Positions 35,334 through 47,259 of a stretch of 64,000 bases of DNA are shown here, in pieces. Position 1 is the first letter of the stretch. Each line of letters begins with the position of its first letter. The notes beneath the pieces were generated by a model. It was not told where the DNA came from, did no database searches, and saw only the letters and a program-made list of their open reading frames with translations. The translations under genes and the position numbers were made by a program. Source of the stretch: Planktothrix sp. GU0601_MAG3 (GTDB taxonomy: Bacteria; Cyanobacteriota; Cyanobacteriia; Cyanobacteriales; Microcoleaceae); the NCBI GenBank assembly GCA_035193785.1, contig CP136572.1:2292578-2356577 (forward strand), given 5' to 3'.

Positions 35334-38300
35334 GTGGTAAATTCGACATTTGATTTGTTAATCGACAAGACTACAAAATATCAATTTTGGATTGACCGAG
35401 GTGGCACCTTTACCGATATTGTTGCCCGTCAACCCGATGGTGCATTAATCACCCATAAATTATTATCAGAAAATCCACAACAATATTCTGATGCTGTCAT
35501 TCAAGGTATTCGAGAAATATTAAAATTATCCCCCCATCAACCCATTCCCAGTGAGTTAATTTCTGAAGTCAAAATGGGAACCACCGTCGCCACCAACGCC
35601 TTATTAGAACGAAAAGGCGATCGCACTCTATTAATTATAACAGAAGGTTTCAAAGATGCGTTAAGAATTGGCTATCAAAATCGCCCCCACATCTTCGCCC
35701 GTCAGATTATTTTACCAGAAATGCTCTATGAACAAGTTATCGAAGTCGAAGAACGTTATACCGCCCAAGGAGATGAATTAAAACCCGTTAATTTAGACCG
35801 ATTAAAACCCCAATTAGAACGAGTTTATCAAACCGGAATTAGAAGTTGTGCTATTGTTTTAATGCACGGTTATCGCTATCCCCAACACGAACAAAAAATC
35901 GCTATATTAGCCCAAGAAATCGGCTTTACTCAAATTTCCGTTTCCCATCAAGTTAGTCCCTTAATGAAATTAGTCAGCCGGGGAGATACTACCGTTGTAG
36001 ATGCCTATTTATCCCCGATTTTAAAACGGTATATTAATCAAGTTGCGAGTCAATTAAATTGTTACCCTCCCTCTATTCCTCCCTTAGTAAAGGAGGGAAG
36101 AATAAAAAAAGAATTAGAGTTAGAAACTATCGAAAAAAATAATAAGTCTCTCCCCCCATTAGCAAGCAAGGGGGGGGTTAACCCCATCAAATTAATGTTT
36201 ATGCAATCTAATGGGGGCTTAACCAATGCTCAAAAATTCCAAGGAAAAGATAGCATATTATCGGGGCCAGCCGGAGGAATTATTGGCGCAGTTTCAAACC
36301 AGTTTAAAAGCCGGATTTGATTCTATTATTACTTTCGATATGGGTGGAACTTCCACCGATGTCGCCCATTTTAAGGGCGAATATGAACGACAATTTGAAA
36401 CCGAAATCGCCGGGGTGAGAATGCGGACGCCGATGATGGCTATTCATACCGTAGCGGCGGGAGGCGGTTCAATTTTAAGGTTTGACGGGTCACGATATCG
36501 GGTGGGGCCAGAGTCCGCCGGGGCTAATCCTGGGCCAGCTTGTTATCGCAATAACGGGCCGTTAACGGTTACGGATGCTAACGTCATGTTAGGAAAAATT
36601 CAACCCCAATTCTTCCCCAAAGTATTCGGAAAAAATGGCAATTTACCCTTAGATGCTGAAATTGTTTGCCAAAAATTTAGGGAATTAGCGCTAGAAATTC
36701 AAAGCCAAACGGGAGATAACCGCACCCCCGAAGAAGTCGCCACCGGATTTATTACCATTGCGGTTGAAAATATGGCAAATGCTATTAAAAAAATATCCCT
36801 ACAACGGGGTTATGATATTTCCAATTATACCCTTTGTTGTTTTGGCGGGGCGGGTGGTCAACACGCTTGTTTAATTGCGGATACCTTGGGTATAAAACAA
36901 ATATTTATTCATCCCTACGCCGGGGTTTTATCTGCCTATGGAATGGGGCTGGCTGATATCAGAATATTACGAGAAAAAGCCATAGAAAAACCCTTAACTG
37001 AGTTTTTGATTTTTGAGTTAGAACAGATTTTTTTAGATTTGGAAACGGCGGCAAAAGCAGAACTAGAAAATCCCGAATCAAAAATAGAGACAATGCTGAA
37101 ACTCAATCTGAAATATGAGGGAACAGATTCTATATTGTCGATTAATTTTATTAGGAATTTGTCTAGTATAACCCAACAGTTTGAACAACAGCATCTAACC
37201 CGTTATGGATTTATCAAACCGGAAAAAACCTTAATTGTTGAATCAATAACTACGGAAATTATTCAACAAATGGATACCATTGAGGAACCAATATTAAACC
37301 GAACTACAAATCAATCCCCCACCCCCATTGCTGTTGTTCCCATGTATACCCAGGATGAATGGCAACAAACCCCTATTTTTAATCGAAATGATTTACAACC
37401 TGGAGATATTATTCAGGGCCCAGCGATAATTATAGAATCCATTGGCACGAATATTATTGAGTCGGGATGGCAAGGGGAACTAACTGAAAAAAATAATTTA
37501 GTTTTAAAATCCATTCGTGCAATTAAACCTCCTATATTTATGGAAAATCAGGATATTAAAGTTGACCCGGTACGATTAGAAATTTTTAAAAATCTCTTTC
37601 AATTTATTGCCGAACAAATGGGAATTACGTTGCAAAATACGGCAACTTCTGTTAATATTAAAGAACGTCTTGATTTCTCCTGTGCAATTTTTGATCAAAA
37701 CGGTCAATTAGTTGCCAATGCCCCCCATATTCCTGTCCATTTGGGGTCAATGAGTGACAGTATTGAAAGTTTAATTTCTGCCAAAGGAAAAACCTTAAAA
37801 CCCGGGGATGTTTATTTATTAAATAATCCCTACAATGGGGGAACCCATTTACCAGATGTTACGGTTATAACTCCGGTTTTTAGCCCCTTAGTAAAGGGGG
37901 AAAATAGACAGGAACAGACTATTTTATTTTATGTCGCTTCCCGGGGACATCAAGCTGATATTGGGGGAATAACACCGGGTTCTATGCCTCCTAATAGTAC
38001 AAATATTCAAGAAGAAGGAATTTTAATTGATAATATTCAATTGGTGAAAGAAGGTAACTTTTTAGAAACAGAACTGTTAAATTTATTAACATCTGGAAAC
38101 TATCCCGCCCGAAATCCAGCCACCAATATTGCCGATTTACAAGCCCAAATTGCCGCCAATGAAAAAGGCGTTCAAGAACTTTTAAGAATGGTTAAATCCT
38201 ATGGATTAAATACCGTTCAAAACTATATGCAGTTTGTTCAGGATAATGCAGAAGCATCGGTGCGTCGAGCAATTGATGTATTAACCGATGGTGAATTTAG

Positions 38301-39114
38301 TTATAAAATGGACAACGGGGGCATGATTAAAGTTAATATTAAAATCGATAAAAATAACCGCAGGGCAATTATAGATTTTACCGGAACCTCTCCCCAACTC
38401 CTAACTAATTTTAACGCCCCAAAATCCATTTGTAAAGCCGCCGTTTTATATGTATTTAGAACCTTAGTTGATGATAATATTCCCTTAAATGCCGGATGTT
38501 TGAAACCCCTAGAAATTATTATTCCTGACGGTTGTTTTTTAAACCCCCGTTATCCGGCGGCTGTCGTGGCGGGAAATGTGGAAACCTCCCAAGCCATTGT
38601 TGATGCCTTATATGGGGCATTAAACGTGATGTCAGCCTCCCAAGGAACGATGAATAACTTCACTTTTGGAAATCAAAATTATCAATATTATGAAACCATT
38701 TGTGGCGGGTCGGGCGCCGGAATAAATTATCATGGAACCGATGCAGTTCATACCCACATGACCAACTCCCGTTTAACTGACCCGGAAGTATTAGAATGGC
38801 GTTATCCAGTATTATTAGAAGAATTTAGTATCCGAGAAAATAGTGGGGGTTTAGGAAAATTCAAAGGCGGAAATGGTATAATCAGAAAAGTTAAATTCTT
38901 AGCAACCATGACCGCCGGAATCCTATCAGAACACCGAATTATTCCCCCCTTTGGATTAAATGGCGGACAACCTGGATTAGTGGGGAAAAATTATATTATT
39001 CGTAATCATGGAATTGTGGAAAACTTAGAAAGTACCGCCACAGTAGAAATGAATATCAACGATATTTTTGTAATTGAAACCCCCGGGGGTGGGGGCTACG
39101 GGCGGAATTATTAA
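35334..39114 (+). CDS. ATP-dependent 5-oxoprolinase (hydantoinase A+B fusion; +1 break at GTTTC 36291)
   Basis: IDRGGTFTD, ILSGPAGG, DMGGTSTDV, NIKERLDFSCA and ETPGGGGYG motifs. Confidence 0.94.
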
Positions 39115-39180
39115 CATTTATGGGTAGAGACTTGCCATGGCGCGTCTCTACAAGGATTATAGATATTAGCAGACTATCTA

Positions 39181-39618
39181 TTAAATCTGTTTTTTCATCA
39201 CCAAACAATTGCGCTGGTCGTCTAACCGTATATAATGAAGTTCATCCGTTAATTTAGACATGAAAATCAATCCTCTCCCTCCTTCATGTTCTAAGGGGTC
39301 AGCGTGCCATTTAATTAAAGACTCCAAGGTTTTTTCTAAGTCAAAGGGTTCCCCCCTGTCCCAAATTTTTATTTCAATCCAGGGGGAAAATATCCTAACT
39401 TCTAACTCAATGGGCGTGGTTTCAGGTAAGGTGCGGTGTGCATGACGGACAACGTTAGTAAATCCCTCCGTCAAAGCAATTTGACACTGATGGAAAATAT
39501 CAGAAGGAAGAAAGGCAAAGGCGATTCCTTCAAACCAAAATAACACCTCCTCTAAGGAGGTTAAAGTCGTTTTTACCTGAAGATTTGATTGTGCCAGTAG
39601 CGCTGCATTACTCATCAA
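39181..39618 (-). CDS. RsbW-like anti-sigma factor Ser kinase
   Basis: EGFTNVVRHA, IWDRG and GGRGLIFM motifs. Confidence 0.9.
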   Translation of the reverse strand: MMSNAALLAQSNLQVKTTLTSLEEVLFWFEGIAFAFLPSDIFHQCQIALTEGFTNVVRHAHRTLPETTPIELEVRIFSPWIEIKIWDRGEPFDLEKTLESLIKWHADPLEHEGGRGLIFMSKLTDELHYIRLDDQRNCLVMKKQI

Positions 39619-39622
39619 TTAT

Positions 39623-40627
39623 CTACATAGCACCGCTGTTTCTATTAAATACGACTATGATGGTTTTGACAATCAACTTCGTGTCATACATCAGACTCCA
39701 ATTTTCCTGATACTTCAAATCTAAACGAATAATATCCTCAAAATTTTTCACCTGAGAACGACCATTAACCTGCCATTCTCCCGTCATCCCGGGTTTCACA
39801 TCTAAGCGTTGCCATTGGGGAACTTCATAACGTTCCACCTCATCGGGTGTCGGTGGACGAGTTCCTACTAAACTCATCTCCCCGGTTAAAACATTCCAAA
39901 ACTGTGGAAGTTCATCCAAACTTGTTCGCCGTAAAAACCGACCAACTTTGGTAATTCGGGGGTCATTATCATTCTTAAAAATAGCTCCTTGTGCTTGATT
40001 AGGAATTTTATCTTTTAAGGCTTCCGCATTGGTACACATAGACCGGAATTTCCAAATCCGAAATCGTTTTCCCATCCAACCGCAACGCACCTGAGCAAAA
40101 AAAATCGGCCCTGGACTGTCTAAACGAATCGCAATAATAATTGGAACCGCTAATACCGATGAAATACTTAAACCAACAATAGCACCCGTTATATCAATTA
40201 ATCGCTTCACCCCAGACCGCACAGAAGGATGGGTCACTGGGAGACGATTTTCTCCTCTGATTTTGTCCTTGAGTTTATCGTCCGCACTCGGAGGTTCAAT
40301 AGTTAATACTTGGTCAAGGGAAGTTAGGGAAAAAACCCCCATTACCTGAGAACCAACGGATTTTAAAACCAACTCAATTCCTTTAGCCTTTGTGGTTTTC
40401 AGGTTACTAATTAGCGCCCCAATACCACTACTATCAATAAATATAGTCAGACTAAAATCAAGAATGATTTTTTTAGGCGGAGGAGTTAAAGCAATTACAT
40501 CCTGACAAGTTGTTTTGAAAGAAACCGCTTCTAAGACACTCAAGCGTTCGGGTAAGCGAACATAGACAATATCTCCTGCTAGGGTAATTTGAAATTTTGC
40601 TTCTGGAATTTGACTAACCCTCTCCAT
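39623..40627 (-). CDS. STAS (anti-anti-sigma) domain fused to a bacterial sugar transferase (priming phosphoglycosyl transferase)
   Basis: FIDSSGIGAL STAS motif; KRLIDI, KFRSM, DPRITKVG, SLDELPQ and KPGMTG motifs. Confidence 0.93.
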   Translation of the reverse strand: MERVSQIPEAKFQITLAGDIVYVRLPERLSVLEAVSFKTTCQDVIALTPPPKKIILDFSLTIFIDSSGIGALISNLKTTKAKGIELVLKSVGSQVMGVFSLTSLDQVLTIEPPSADDKLKDKIRGENRLPVTHPSVRSGVKRLIDITGAIVGLSISSVLAVPIIIAIRLDSPGPIFFAQVRCGWMGKRFRIWKFRSMCTNAEALKDKIPNQAQGAIFKNDNDPRITKVGRFLRRTSLDELPQFWNVLTGEMSLVGTRPPTPDEVERYEVPQWQRLDVKPGMTGEWQVNGRSQVKNFEDIIRLDLKYQENWSLMYDTKLIVKTIIVVFNRNSGAM

Positions 40628-40786
40628 AATTTACTGGGTAGTTGTTATTAATTTTGCTGCCTGGTTTTAATCATACTCAAAAGACAACAGGAAAAGGCGT
40701 TGGTTTAGCGCGAAAAGTCGGACTAATCCTTTTCTGTTATCACAATAGCACCCCAAATTCTAATTATCTTTATTTCCAAAACGATT

Positions 40787-41782
40787 CTAACCTAAAACTT
40801 CCCCCACCGCTAGACGAGTTCCATTCACAAAATCCCAAGCGGACTGCATCCGTTTACCCGCCAATTGGACTTGGGTGAGTAATAATAATCCCTCACCTGT
40901 TTGGATTACTGGCCCTAAACGCTTAATCAGGGCGACTACCTCTCCCGGTTGTCCTGAAAGTTGGGATAAATTTAGCCATTGTTGTGATAAATTCTGGTAT
41001 TCCGGGGGAAATTGAGGGTGATATTCCGGTGCTAAAGGAACCGTAGCACCAACTTTTAAAGATTTTTCTTGAAATGATGTTATACAGTTAGGATAAAACC
41101 CGCGAATTTGGTTATGTAAAGCGATCGCCGACCGATTCCAGTCTAAATGATAATCGTCATCTTTGATTAAGGGAGCATAGGTCGCCAGGGAATTATCTTG
41201 AGGAATAGCCTGAATTTCTCCTCGGTCTAATTTGATTAAGGTTTCTACTAATAAATCCGCCCCCAATTGGGCTAACCTTTGTCCTAAATCCGTGGCATTT
41301 TCTAATAGTCCGATGGGTGTTATCGCCTTTAATAACATCGGCCCGGTATCCATCCCCGCATCCATTAACATTGAGGTGATTCCCGTTTCGGCTTCCCCGT
41401 GATACAAACACCATTGAATAGGGGCGGCGCCGCGATAATAGGGGAGGATGGAGCCGTGGCCATTCACACACCCCAACCGAGGCATCTCCAGAATTTCCGG
41501 GGACAAAATTTGTCCATAGGCTACCACCACAAAAACATCCGCCTGAGCCTCTCGCAACAGTTTTAAGGTGTTTTGATCTTTTTTCACCCGCTTGGGTTGC
41601 CAAACCGATAATTCATGGGTTTGAGCCAACATTTTCACCGGAGAAGGGGTTAATTGACTACCCCGACCCCGGCGTTTATCCGGTTGAGTCACCACCGCCA
41701 AAACTTCAAATTCAGGGTCGGCCAATAATTTTTCTAAACTCGGAACCGCAAATTCAGGCGTACCAAAAAAAATGATTTTCAT
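40787..41782 (-). CDS. fmt: Methionyl-tRNA formyltransferase
   Basis: [18 protein letters not shown] and [13 protein letters not shown] motifs. The upstream in-frame extension in the ORF track is repeat DNA. Confidence 0.96.
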   Translation of the reverse strand: MKIIFFGTPEFAVPSLEKLLADPEFEVLAVVTQPDKRRGRGSQLTPSPVKMLAQTHELSVWQPKRVKKDQNTLKLLREAQADVFVVVAYGQILSPEILEMPRLGCVNGHGSILPYYRGAAPIQWCLYHGEAETGITSMLMDAGMDTGPMLLKAITPIGLLENATDLGQRLAQLGADLLVETLIKLDRGEIQAIPQDNSLATYAPLIKDDDYHLDWNRSAIALHNQIRGFYPNCITSFQEKSLKVGATVPLAPEYHPQFPPEYQNLSQQWLNLSQLSGQPGEVVALIKRLGPVIQTGEGLLLLTQVQLAGKRMQSAWDFVNGTRLAVGEVLG

Positions 41783-41791
41783 TTGAGGGAA

Positions 41792-42012
41792 AAGGGAACA
41801 GGGAACAGGGAACAGGGAGCAGGGGGAGCAGGGGGAGCAGGGGGAGCAGGGGGAGCAGGGGGAGCAGGGGAGGCAGGGGGAGCAGGGGGAGGCAGGGGGA
41901 GCAGGGGGAGGCAGGGGGAGCAGGGGGAGCAGGGGAGGCAGGGGAGGTAAACTCTTGTTATTACCCATTACCCATTACCCATTACCCATTCCCCATTACC
42001 CATTCGTAATTC
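41792..42012. repeat. Tandem repeats (AGGGAAC)n, (GGGGGAGCA)n and (CCCATTA)n
   Basis: Directly visible upstream of fmt. Confidence 0.92.
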
Positions 42013-42015
42013 CCC

Positions 42016-42907
42016 TCAAGGCGTAATAGCTACTTCAATCCGACGGTTTAGTTGTCGATTATTTTCGGAATTATTATCAACGGCGGGACGATTTGACCCG
42101 TATCCAATGGCGGCCCAGTGATAGTTTGTACCAATCGCCTCGGATAAATATTTCATCACCGCTTCTGCCCGACTAAAGGATAAATCTAAATTCTGTTGGG
42201 GACTGCCTTGATTATCCGTATGACCCATAACCCTAACGGCAGAACCCTTATAAGTTTTAATATCGGCAATAATCGTATCTAAAATCACGTTCGCCCCTGG
42301 CCGCAAAATGGTACTACCCACATCAAACAACACATCGCTGGGAAAAGTCACCACCAGGGTATTAGAACTTTGACGACGTTCAGGCTTGGCTGAAATAGCC
42401 ACAGGAGCCGGTTTATTATTTCCTGAACCTGAAATCGGAGGTGCGGAAGCCAATTGCTGTTCCAGAATTTGTAAACGTTCCTCTAGGGGTTCCGTGGGAC
42501 GACTGGCTCCCAATTGACTTTCTACGGCCGCCGTCCGTCCAATCAAGGAATTCAACTGTCCCTGTAACTGCTGTAACTGTATCCGCAGTTGTTGACGTTG
42601 GGGTTTCAGTTAACCGTTGACTGGGTGAGGGAATCGGTGGAGGAGCCGGAGAACTAACCACCGAAGGAGGGACTATTTCCTGGGAACCCCAATTCTGAAC
42701 CCGATTGAGCAACTGCTGCGTCAAAGGCACCTCAGAACTCGAATTCGGATAGACCTGAGCCACGGCTATTCCCACCAACCAAGCGATAGAGGAACCCACC
42801 CCCAAAAGTAGGAGGTTAAACACCGTCGCCCCCAGAAATAATAGACCGCGAAATCGGCGAGGGGATGGCTGGGAAGGTTTAGGACGGGGCTTTGCAGATT
42901 GGGTCAT
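42016..42907 (-). CDS. Membrane-anchored OmpA/MotB C-terminal (peptidoglycan-binding) domain protein (+1 break at 42603)
   Basis: Transmembrane segment, coiled coil, and SDVLFD, GHTD, LSFSRA, NRRIEV motifs. Confidence 0.9.
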
Positions 42908-42919
42908 AAGTCAGTCTCC

Positions 42920-43987
42920 CTAATTGGAGGCGGGGGTTTTGGGGGCAGTTTGGGGATTCGCCCCGGTGTTACTTGGTAAATTACTCACCTCTAAATTCCC
43001 ATCAGGATTAAACGTTACCTGAAAATTAGCTAAGGGCTCATCGATTTGACGACTTCCTACAGGCTTATACAATAAATCCGGTAGGGGTGTTTGTTTCGTT
43101 TCCGTTTCCAGTTCCGGGTTCAAAGACTTATAACCCACAATTGCCCCATCTTTAGCCACGCTCACCCGATAGATTAAGGGAGTTTTCACCGATGCTGTCG
43201 GTATCCAGGCTTTGATCAACTTTTCGCTTAATTGAGCTTTTAAATCCTGAAGTTCCTGGGGATTGGTAATCGGGGGAGGACTCGAAAGGCTAGGGGGTAA
43301 AGATTGCGGTAGGGTTGTTTGGGGGGGCGTGGCGGTTGGTGTGGGAACCGTTGAGCTTTGGGTTTGGGGTTGCAGTTTCGGGTCTTCGGGTCGTTTAATT
43401 TCAGGAATCGGTAAGGCCAACAAAGCCAAAGCAGTTAAAGCCAGACCCGATATCCCAATGGCCGCGGGAATAGCCCTTTGAGCCATAGGCTGTTCCGGCT
43501 TGAGATAACGTTTAGACAAAGGCTGTAACTGGATAGACAGTTCGGGTAAGGTCTGGCTATCGGCTAAAAACTGATCCACCGCCTCAATCAGATCAAATAA
43601 TTGTACCGTGGTTAAATTTACCTGCACCGGTGGCGGAGCTACGGGGGATTCATCCGAGGAATGTTCCTGGGGAGGTTGATGAACCGTTAACTGGTGTAAC
43701 TCCCCCGCAATGGGGCGCAATTCGACTAACTCCGGCTGATGGTGCTGAGATTCCGGGGCCCTTAGTCCACTCAGGAACCCTTGAACATAGAGGCTGACCT
43801 GTCGGACTAAACTTTCAAAAAACTCCCGTCCTCCGGTGATGGGCTGGGGATGACCGACAAAATGACATTCTGCATTCATCAGAATATTTAAACTAGCCCG
43901 TCCATCGGATTTACCATCGCTTCCGGTGTTGTAACCCTGCAAAATTAGTTTGCAGTTCGGTAAACTATATTGACGTTCAATCGTCAT
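42920..43987 (-). CDS. DUF4335-like cyanobacterial membrane protein
   Basis: N-terminus RQYSLPNCKLILQG, QLFDLIEAVDQF, a transmembrane segment and a Pro-rich linker. Confidence 0.8.
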   Translation of the reverse strand: MTIERQYSLPNCKLILQGYNTGSDGKSDGRASLNILMNAECHFVGHPQPITGGREFFESLVRQVSLYVQGFLSGLRAPESQHHQPELVELRPIAGELHQLTVHQPPQEHSSDESPVAPPPVQVNLTTVQLFDLIEAVDQFLADSQTLPELSIQLQPLSKRYLKPEQPMAQRAIPAAIGISGLALTALALLALPIPEIKRPEDPKLQPQTQSSTVPTPTATPPQTTLPQSLPPSLSSPPPITNPQELQDLKAQLSEKLIKAWIPTASVKTPLIYRVSVAKDGAIVGYKSLNPELETETKQTPLPDLLYKPVGSRQIDEPLANFQVTFNPDGNLEVSNLPSNTGANPQTAPKTPASN

Positions 43988-44622
43988 GAGACTTCTCCAT
44001 CAAACAAACTGATCCAAAATCGCTGCATCCCAGCCGTCCCTGTACAAAAGAGAAGTTTCTCTAACAAACGTATCCCTAACTCGTTTAACTTTTCATCGGA
44101 ACTATAGGCCATCACCAACGCCCGCCGGGGATTCATCCGACTGCGGAAATGTGCCCGAAATTGGGTTAAGTAGTTGGACAATTGTAAATGTCGTTCAATG
44201 GGAATTTGTTTTTGGGTTAGGGTCTCATAATCCATGAGTAACTGCCGAATTTTGGCCGTTAACCGTCTTCCCAGATTAGAGATAATCACAACTAGGGCCT
44301 TGGCTTCTAACAGACTCAGCGCCCGACGCTGGCTAAATCGGCGTAACGGATTGGTACTGCGGATTCGCCACAATTCTACTCGATTGGGGATGACCGTTTG
44401 TAAATCCAGTTCTGAGATCACGACCAGCATATATTCTGCCCCCCCCAGATACAAGGCTTCAATCGCCAGTAACATTAAATCAATTTCTAATCGGGCACGA
44501 CGTGGACATCCGTTCGACAAGCTCACGACGCTGCCTTTTTCACCAAACGGTAGATCGGGTAAACTGTCCAATATAATTGGAATTGACTGACTTTGAGACT
44601 GTTCTAACTGCATTACACTCAC
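43984..44622 (-). CDS. DUF3038-like cyanobacterial protein
   Basis: DLMLLAIEAL, NRVELWRIRSTNPLRR and LLFCTGTAGMQRFWISLFDG. Confidence 0.82.
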   Translation of the reverse strand: MSVMQLEQSQSQSIPIILDSLPDLPFGEKGSVVSLSNGCPRRARLEIDLMLLAIEALYLGGAEYMLVVISELDLQTVIPNRVELWRIRSTNPLRRFSQRRALSLLEAKALVVIISNLGRRLTAKIRQLLMDYETLTQKQIPIERHLQLSNYLTQFRAHFRSRMNPRRALVMAYSSDEKLNELGIRLLEKLLFCTGTAGMQRFWISLFDGEVS

Positions 44623-44687
44623 AGCAATATTAATGTCAACACATTAACGGTTATCGGAATAGTTAGGGAATATACAACGATGCCATA

Positions 44688-46060
44688 TTGACACTCCCGT
44701 TGCCTAAAGGCGTGGGGATTCTTTGTTCACAGAGCCAACTTGCTCGAACAGGATTTCTCCAGCCCGAGTAGAGGTCGATTCTCCCAAAGCGTTGCTCATG
44801 TCCAGCATGAAAGTTCCCGTATGCCCTACGGTACTCAATCCTCGACTAAGGATATTTCTAGCTGCATTTTCATCTCTATCCATGACACAACCACACCTAC
44901 AAACATGGGTTCTAGTGGATAGCGTTTTCTTAACAATTTCACCACAACTAGAGCATTCTTGGCTGGTATATTGCGGATTTACCGCCACCGTGACTCTTTC
45001 AAATACTTTACCAAAATATTCAATCCAGATCCGAAACTGATACCAAGATGCGTCATTAATAGACTTAGCTAAACAATGATTTTTTACCATATTTTTAATT
45101 CTCAAATCTTCGTAAGCTATCAAGTCGTTAGACTGAACTACGCACCGTGCTAATTTCATAGCATGGTCTTTACGTTGCCTACTTATTTTGAGGTGGCATT
45201 TCCCTAAAATCTGTCTAGCTTTGCCTCGATTTTTTGAACCTTTTACTTTTCGGGAAATCCGACGGTGTGAACGTTTAAGAACCTTTTCCCCTTTACGGAG
45301 AAATTTAGGATTCTCAACCATTACACCATTAGAGTCGGTGTAGTATTCCTTTAATCCCACATCTAATCCTATCGTATTTCCAGAAGGCTTTGTATTTTCT
45401 TTCCGGTCAACATCGACACAGAATTGAACATACACGCCGTCTGCACGTTTTACTAATCTCACCCGTTTTATTTGGCTAATTTGGTAAAAATGTAAATCGC
45501 GCGTGCCTTTTAACTTGAGTTCACCAATATTTTTTTTATCGGTAAACTTTATTGATTTTCGATCATCTGCAAGTTTCCAACCCGTTGATTTATATTCAAC
45601 AGAACGACAGTTTTTCTGGAATTTTGGATATCCTTTTTTACCAGGAATTGACTTTTTGCAGTTTTCGTAAAAACGGGAAATAGCAGACCAGGCTCTTTCG
45701 GCACTAGATTGTCTAGCTTGAGAGTTGAGTTCATTAGCAAACGGAAAATTCTTAGCAAGCACGGCGCAATATTTGTTTAGATCATACTTATCTATTTTCT
45801 TATTATCCATCCAATAGCGCAAACAACTATTGCGGACAAATTGTGCTGTACGAATTGCTTCATTTACTGCTTCAATCTGACTTGCTTTCCCGTAAGATTT
45901 GAACTCAAATACTAACATTGCTTTACCTCTCACCTTACTTCTTATGCTATATATTTCAGCACAAGATCGCCTGATATTGCAACAAAGGTTTACAATTAAA
46001 TCCGTCCCTTTCTGCGTCAGGGTAAACTCCAAACGACGGGGTTTTAAACCCAGTTTTCTG
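44688..46060 (-). mobile_element. tnpB-only IS200/IS605-family element
   Basis: Right end hairpin...GGGAGTGTCAA at 44688. Left-end hairpin region at 46015-46060, preceded on the minus strand by TTAT. No tnpA is present. Ends are inferred. Confidence 0.75.
44704..45918 (-). CDS. tnpB: RNA-guided endonuclease TnpB, apparently intact
   Basis: MLVFEFK start, GLDVG, AYEDL, TSQECSSCG...CRCG and DRDENAA motifs. Confidence 0.95.
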   Translation of the reverse strand: MLVFEFKSYGKASQIEAVNEAIRTAQFVRNSCLRYWMDNKKIDKYDLNKYCAVLAKNFPFANELNSQARQSSAERAWSAISRFYENCKKSIPGKKGYPKFQKNCRSVEYKSTGWKLADDRKSIKFTDKKNIGELKLKGTRDLHFYQISQIKRVRLVKRADGVYVQFCVDVDRKENTKPSGNTIGLDVGLKEYYTDSNGVMVENPKFLRKGEKVLKRSHRRISRKVKGSKNRGKARQILGKCHLKISRQRKDHAMKLARCVVQSNDLIAYEDLRIKNMVKNHCLAKSINDASWYQFRIWIEYFGKVFERVTVAVNPQYTSQECSSCGEIVKKTLSTRTHVCRCGCVMDRDENAARNILSRGLSTVGHTGTFMLDMSNALGESTSTRAGEILFEQVGSVNKESPRL

Positions 46061-46345
46061 ATAACCTTCGTTATCTCCATCGCTTGAGAACACAATTTTC
46101 TAGTGTACGATTTTTCGGGCTTGGTGTTCCCCTGCTTCAATTTTACCCCCCTTCCCCCGAATCGCTGCATCTATTCAGGCTATGACCTGTAACCTGCGAT
46201 AGAAACAAAAAAAATTGTTAACACAGCATTTCTATTTCTGACAAGGTTTTACAGTGAACAGAGGTTCAGTAGAAATATTCTCCCTGTTTTGCCAACTCCC
46301 TCAATCTTAGGGGCGGTTTTGGTTTCGTGGCTTAATATATAAAAA

Positions 46346-46867
46346 ATGCAGAAGATTAGTTCAAAGGAATTGCTCGCTTTATACAGCGAGGGGAAACGGA
46401 ACTTTAAGGCCATTGACTTAAGTGAGTCCGATCTATTTGAGGCCAACTTGGAGGAAATTGACCTGGCGGGTAGTAATTTAAACCGGATTTATCTACCCTA
46501 TTCCAACCTCAGCTACGCTAACTTACAGAAAACCCAAATTCAGGAAGCTCAACTGGGGGATACACAACTTTATCAAGTGGATTTATCCGAATCAAATTTA
46601 CAAGGCAGTACCTTGTCTCGATGCAACCTTCAGTATGCTAATTTGAGGGGCGCTAATTTAAGCTATTGTAATCTCCAAGGGGCGGATTTATCTAATGCTA
46701 ATCTGACGGAAGCTGACCTCAGACATACGGATTTGAGTAATGCAAATTTAGAAAATACTAAGTTAACAAATGCCCAATTATCAGGATGTAATTTATTTCG
46801 AGCCAAAATGGCAAATTTATCCGATGCGAACTGTGATCAGACCACTATCGGCCCCGATGGATATTAA
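46346..46867 (+). CDS. Pentapeptide repeat protein
   Basis: A(N/D)Lxx repeats throughout. Confidence 0.93.
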   Translation: MQKISSKELLALYSEGKRNFKAIDLSESDLFEANLEEIDLAGSNLNRIYLPYSNLSYANLQKTQIQEAQLGDTQLYQVDLSESNLQGSTLSRCNLQYANLRGANLSYCNLQGADLSNANLTEADLRHTDLSNANLENTKLTNAQLSGCNLFRAKMANLSDANCDQTTIGPDGY

Positions 46868-46885
46868 ACATTTATCCCTAGAAAA

Positions 46886-47200
46886 ATGGTACTTATCGTT
46901 ACTGTCATTAATATTTTAATTTCTCTGCTGTGTTTATATTTAGCGAGAAAAATCTGGATGTTGACATTAACCATTAATCGTTTGGAAAAAAGGTTAGTCC
47001 TGATGGAACAACGCACCCGTTTTGTTTTGCAGAAAGCCCCAAATTTCATTGGTTCTGGACAACGGGGTAGTTATCAACTCCGGCAAAACTATCGTCAACT
47101 TCAGGTCAAACTGCAACAACTTCAACAAGCTATGGGGCTGATTTCCCTAGCGGTTAAGTTCTGGCCAAAACCAGGAAAACCCAGAAAATCAAATCTCTAG
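46886..47200 (+). CDS. Small membrane-anchored hypothetical protein
   Basis: N-terminal transmembrane helix and coiled coil, in an operon-like position. Confidence 0.7.
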   Translation: MVLIVTVINILISLLCLYLARKIWMLTLTINRLEKRLVLMEQRTRFVLQKAPNFIGSGQRGSYQLRQNYRQLQVKLQQLQQAMGLISLAVKFWPKPGKPRKSNL

Positions 47201-47259
47201 GAACAAAATTGTTTACAATGGGTAGAGTTCGGGGATGGAATGGGTATTGCGGTTTTTAT

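Noticed and set aside
41783..41968. Pro/Cys-rich N-terminal extension of Fmt
   Set aside because: It is an in-frame read-through of 9-mer tandem repeats upstream of the canonical MKIIFFGT start.
45919..46170. N-terminal extension of TnpB in the ORF track
   Set aside because: It crosses the inferred element left end. The family-typical start is at 45918.
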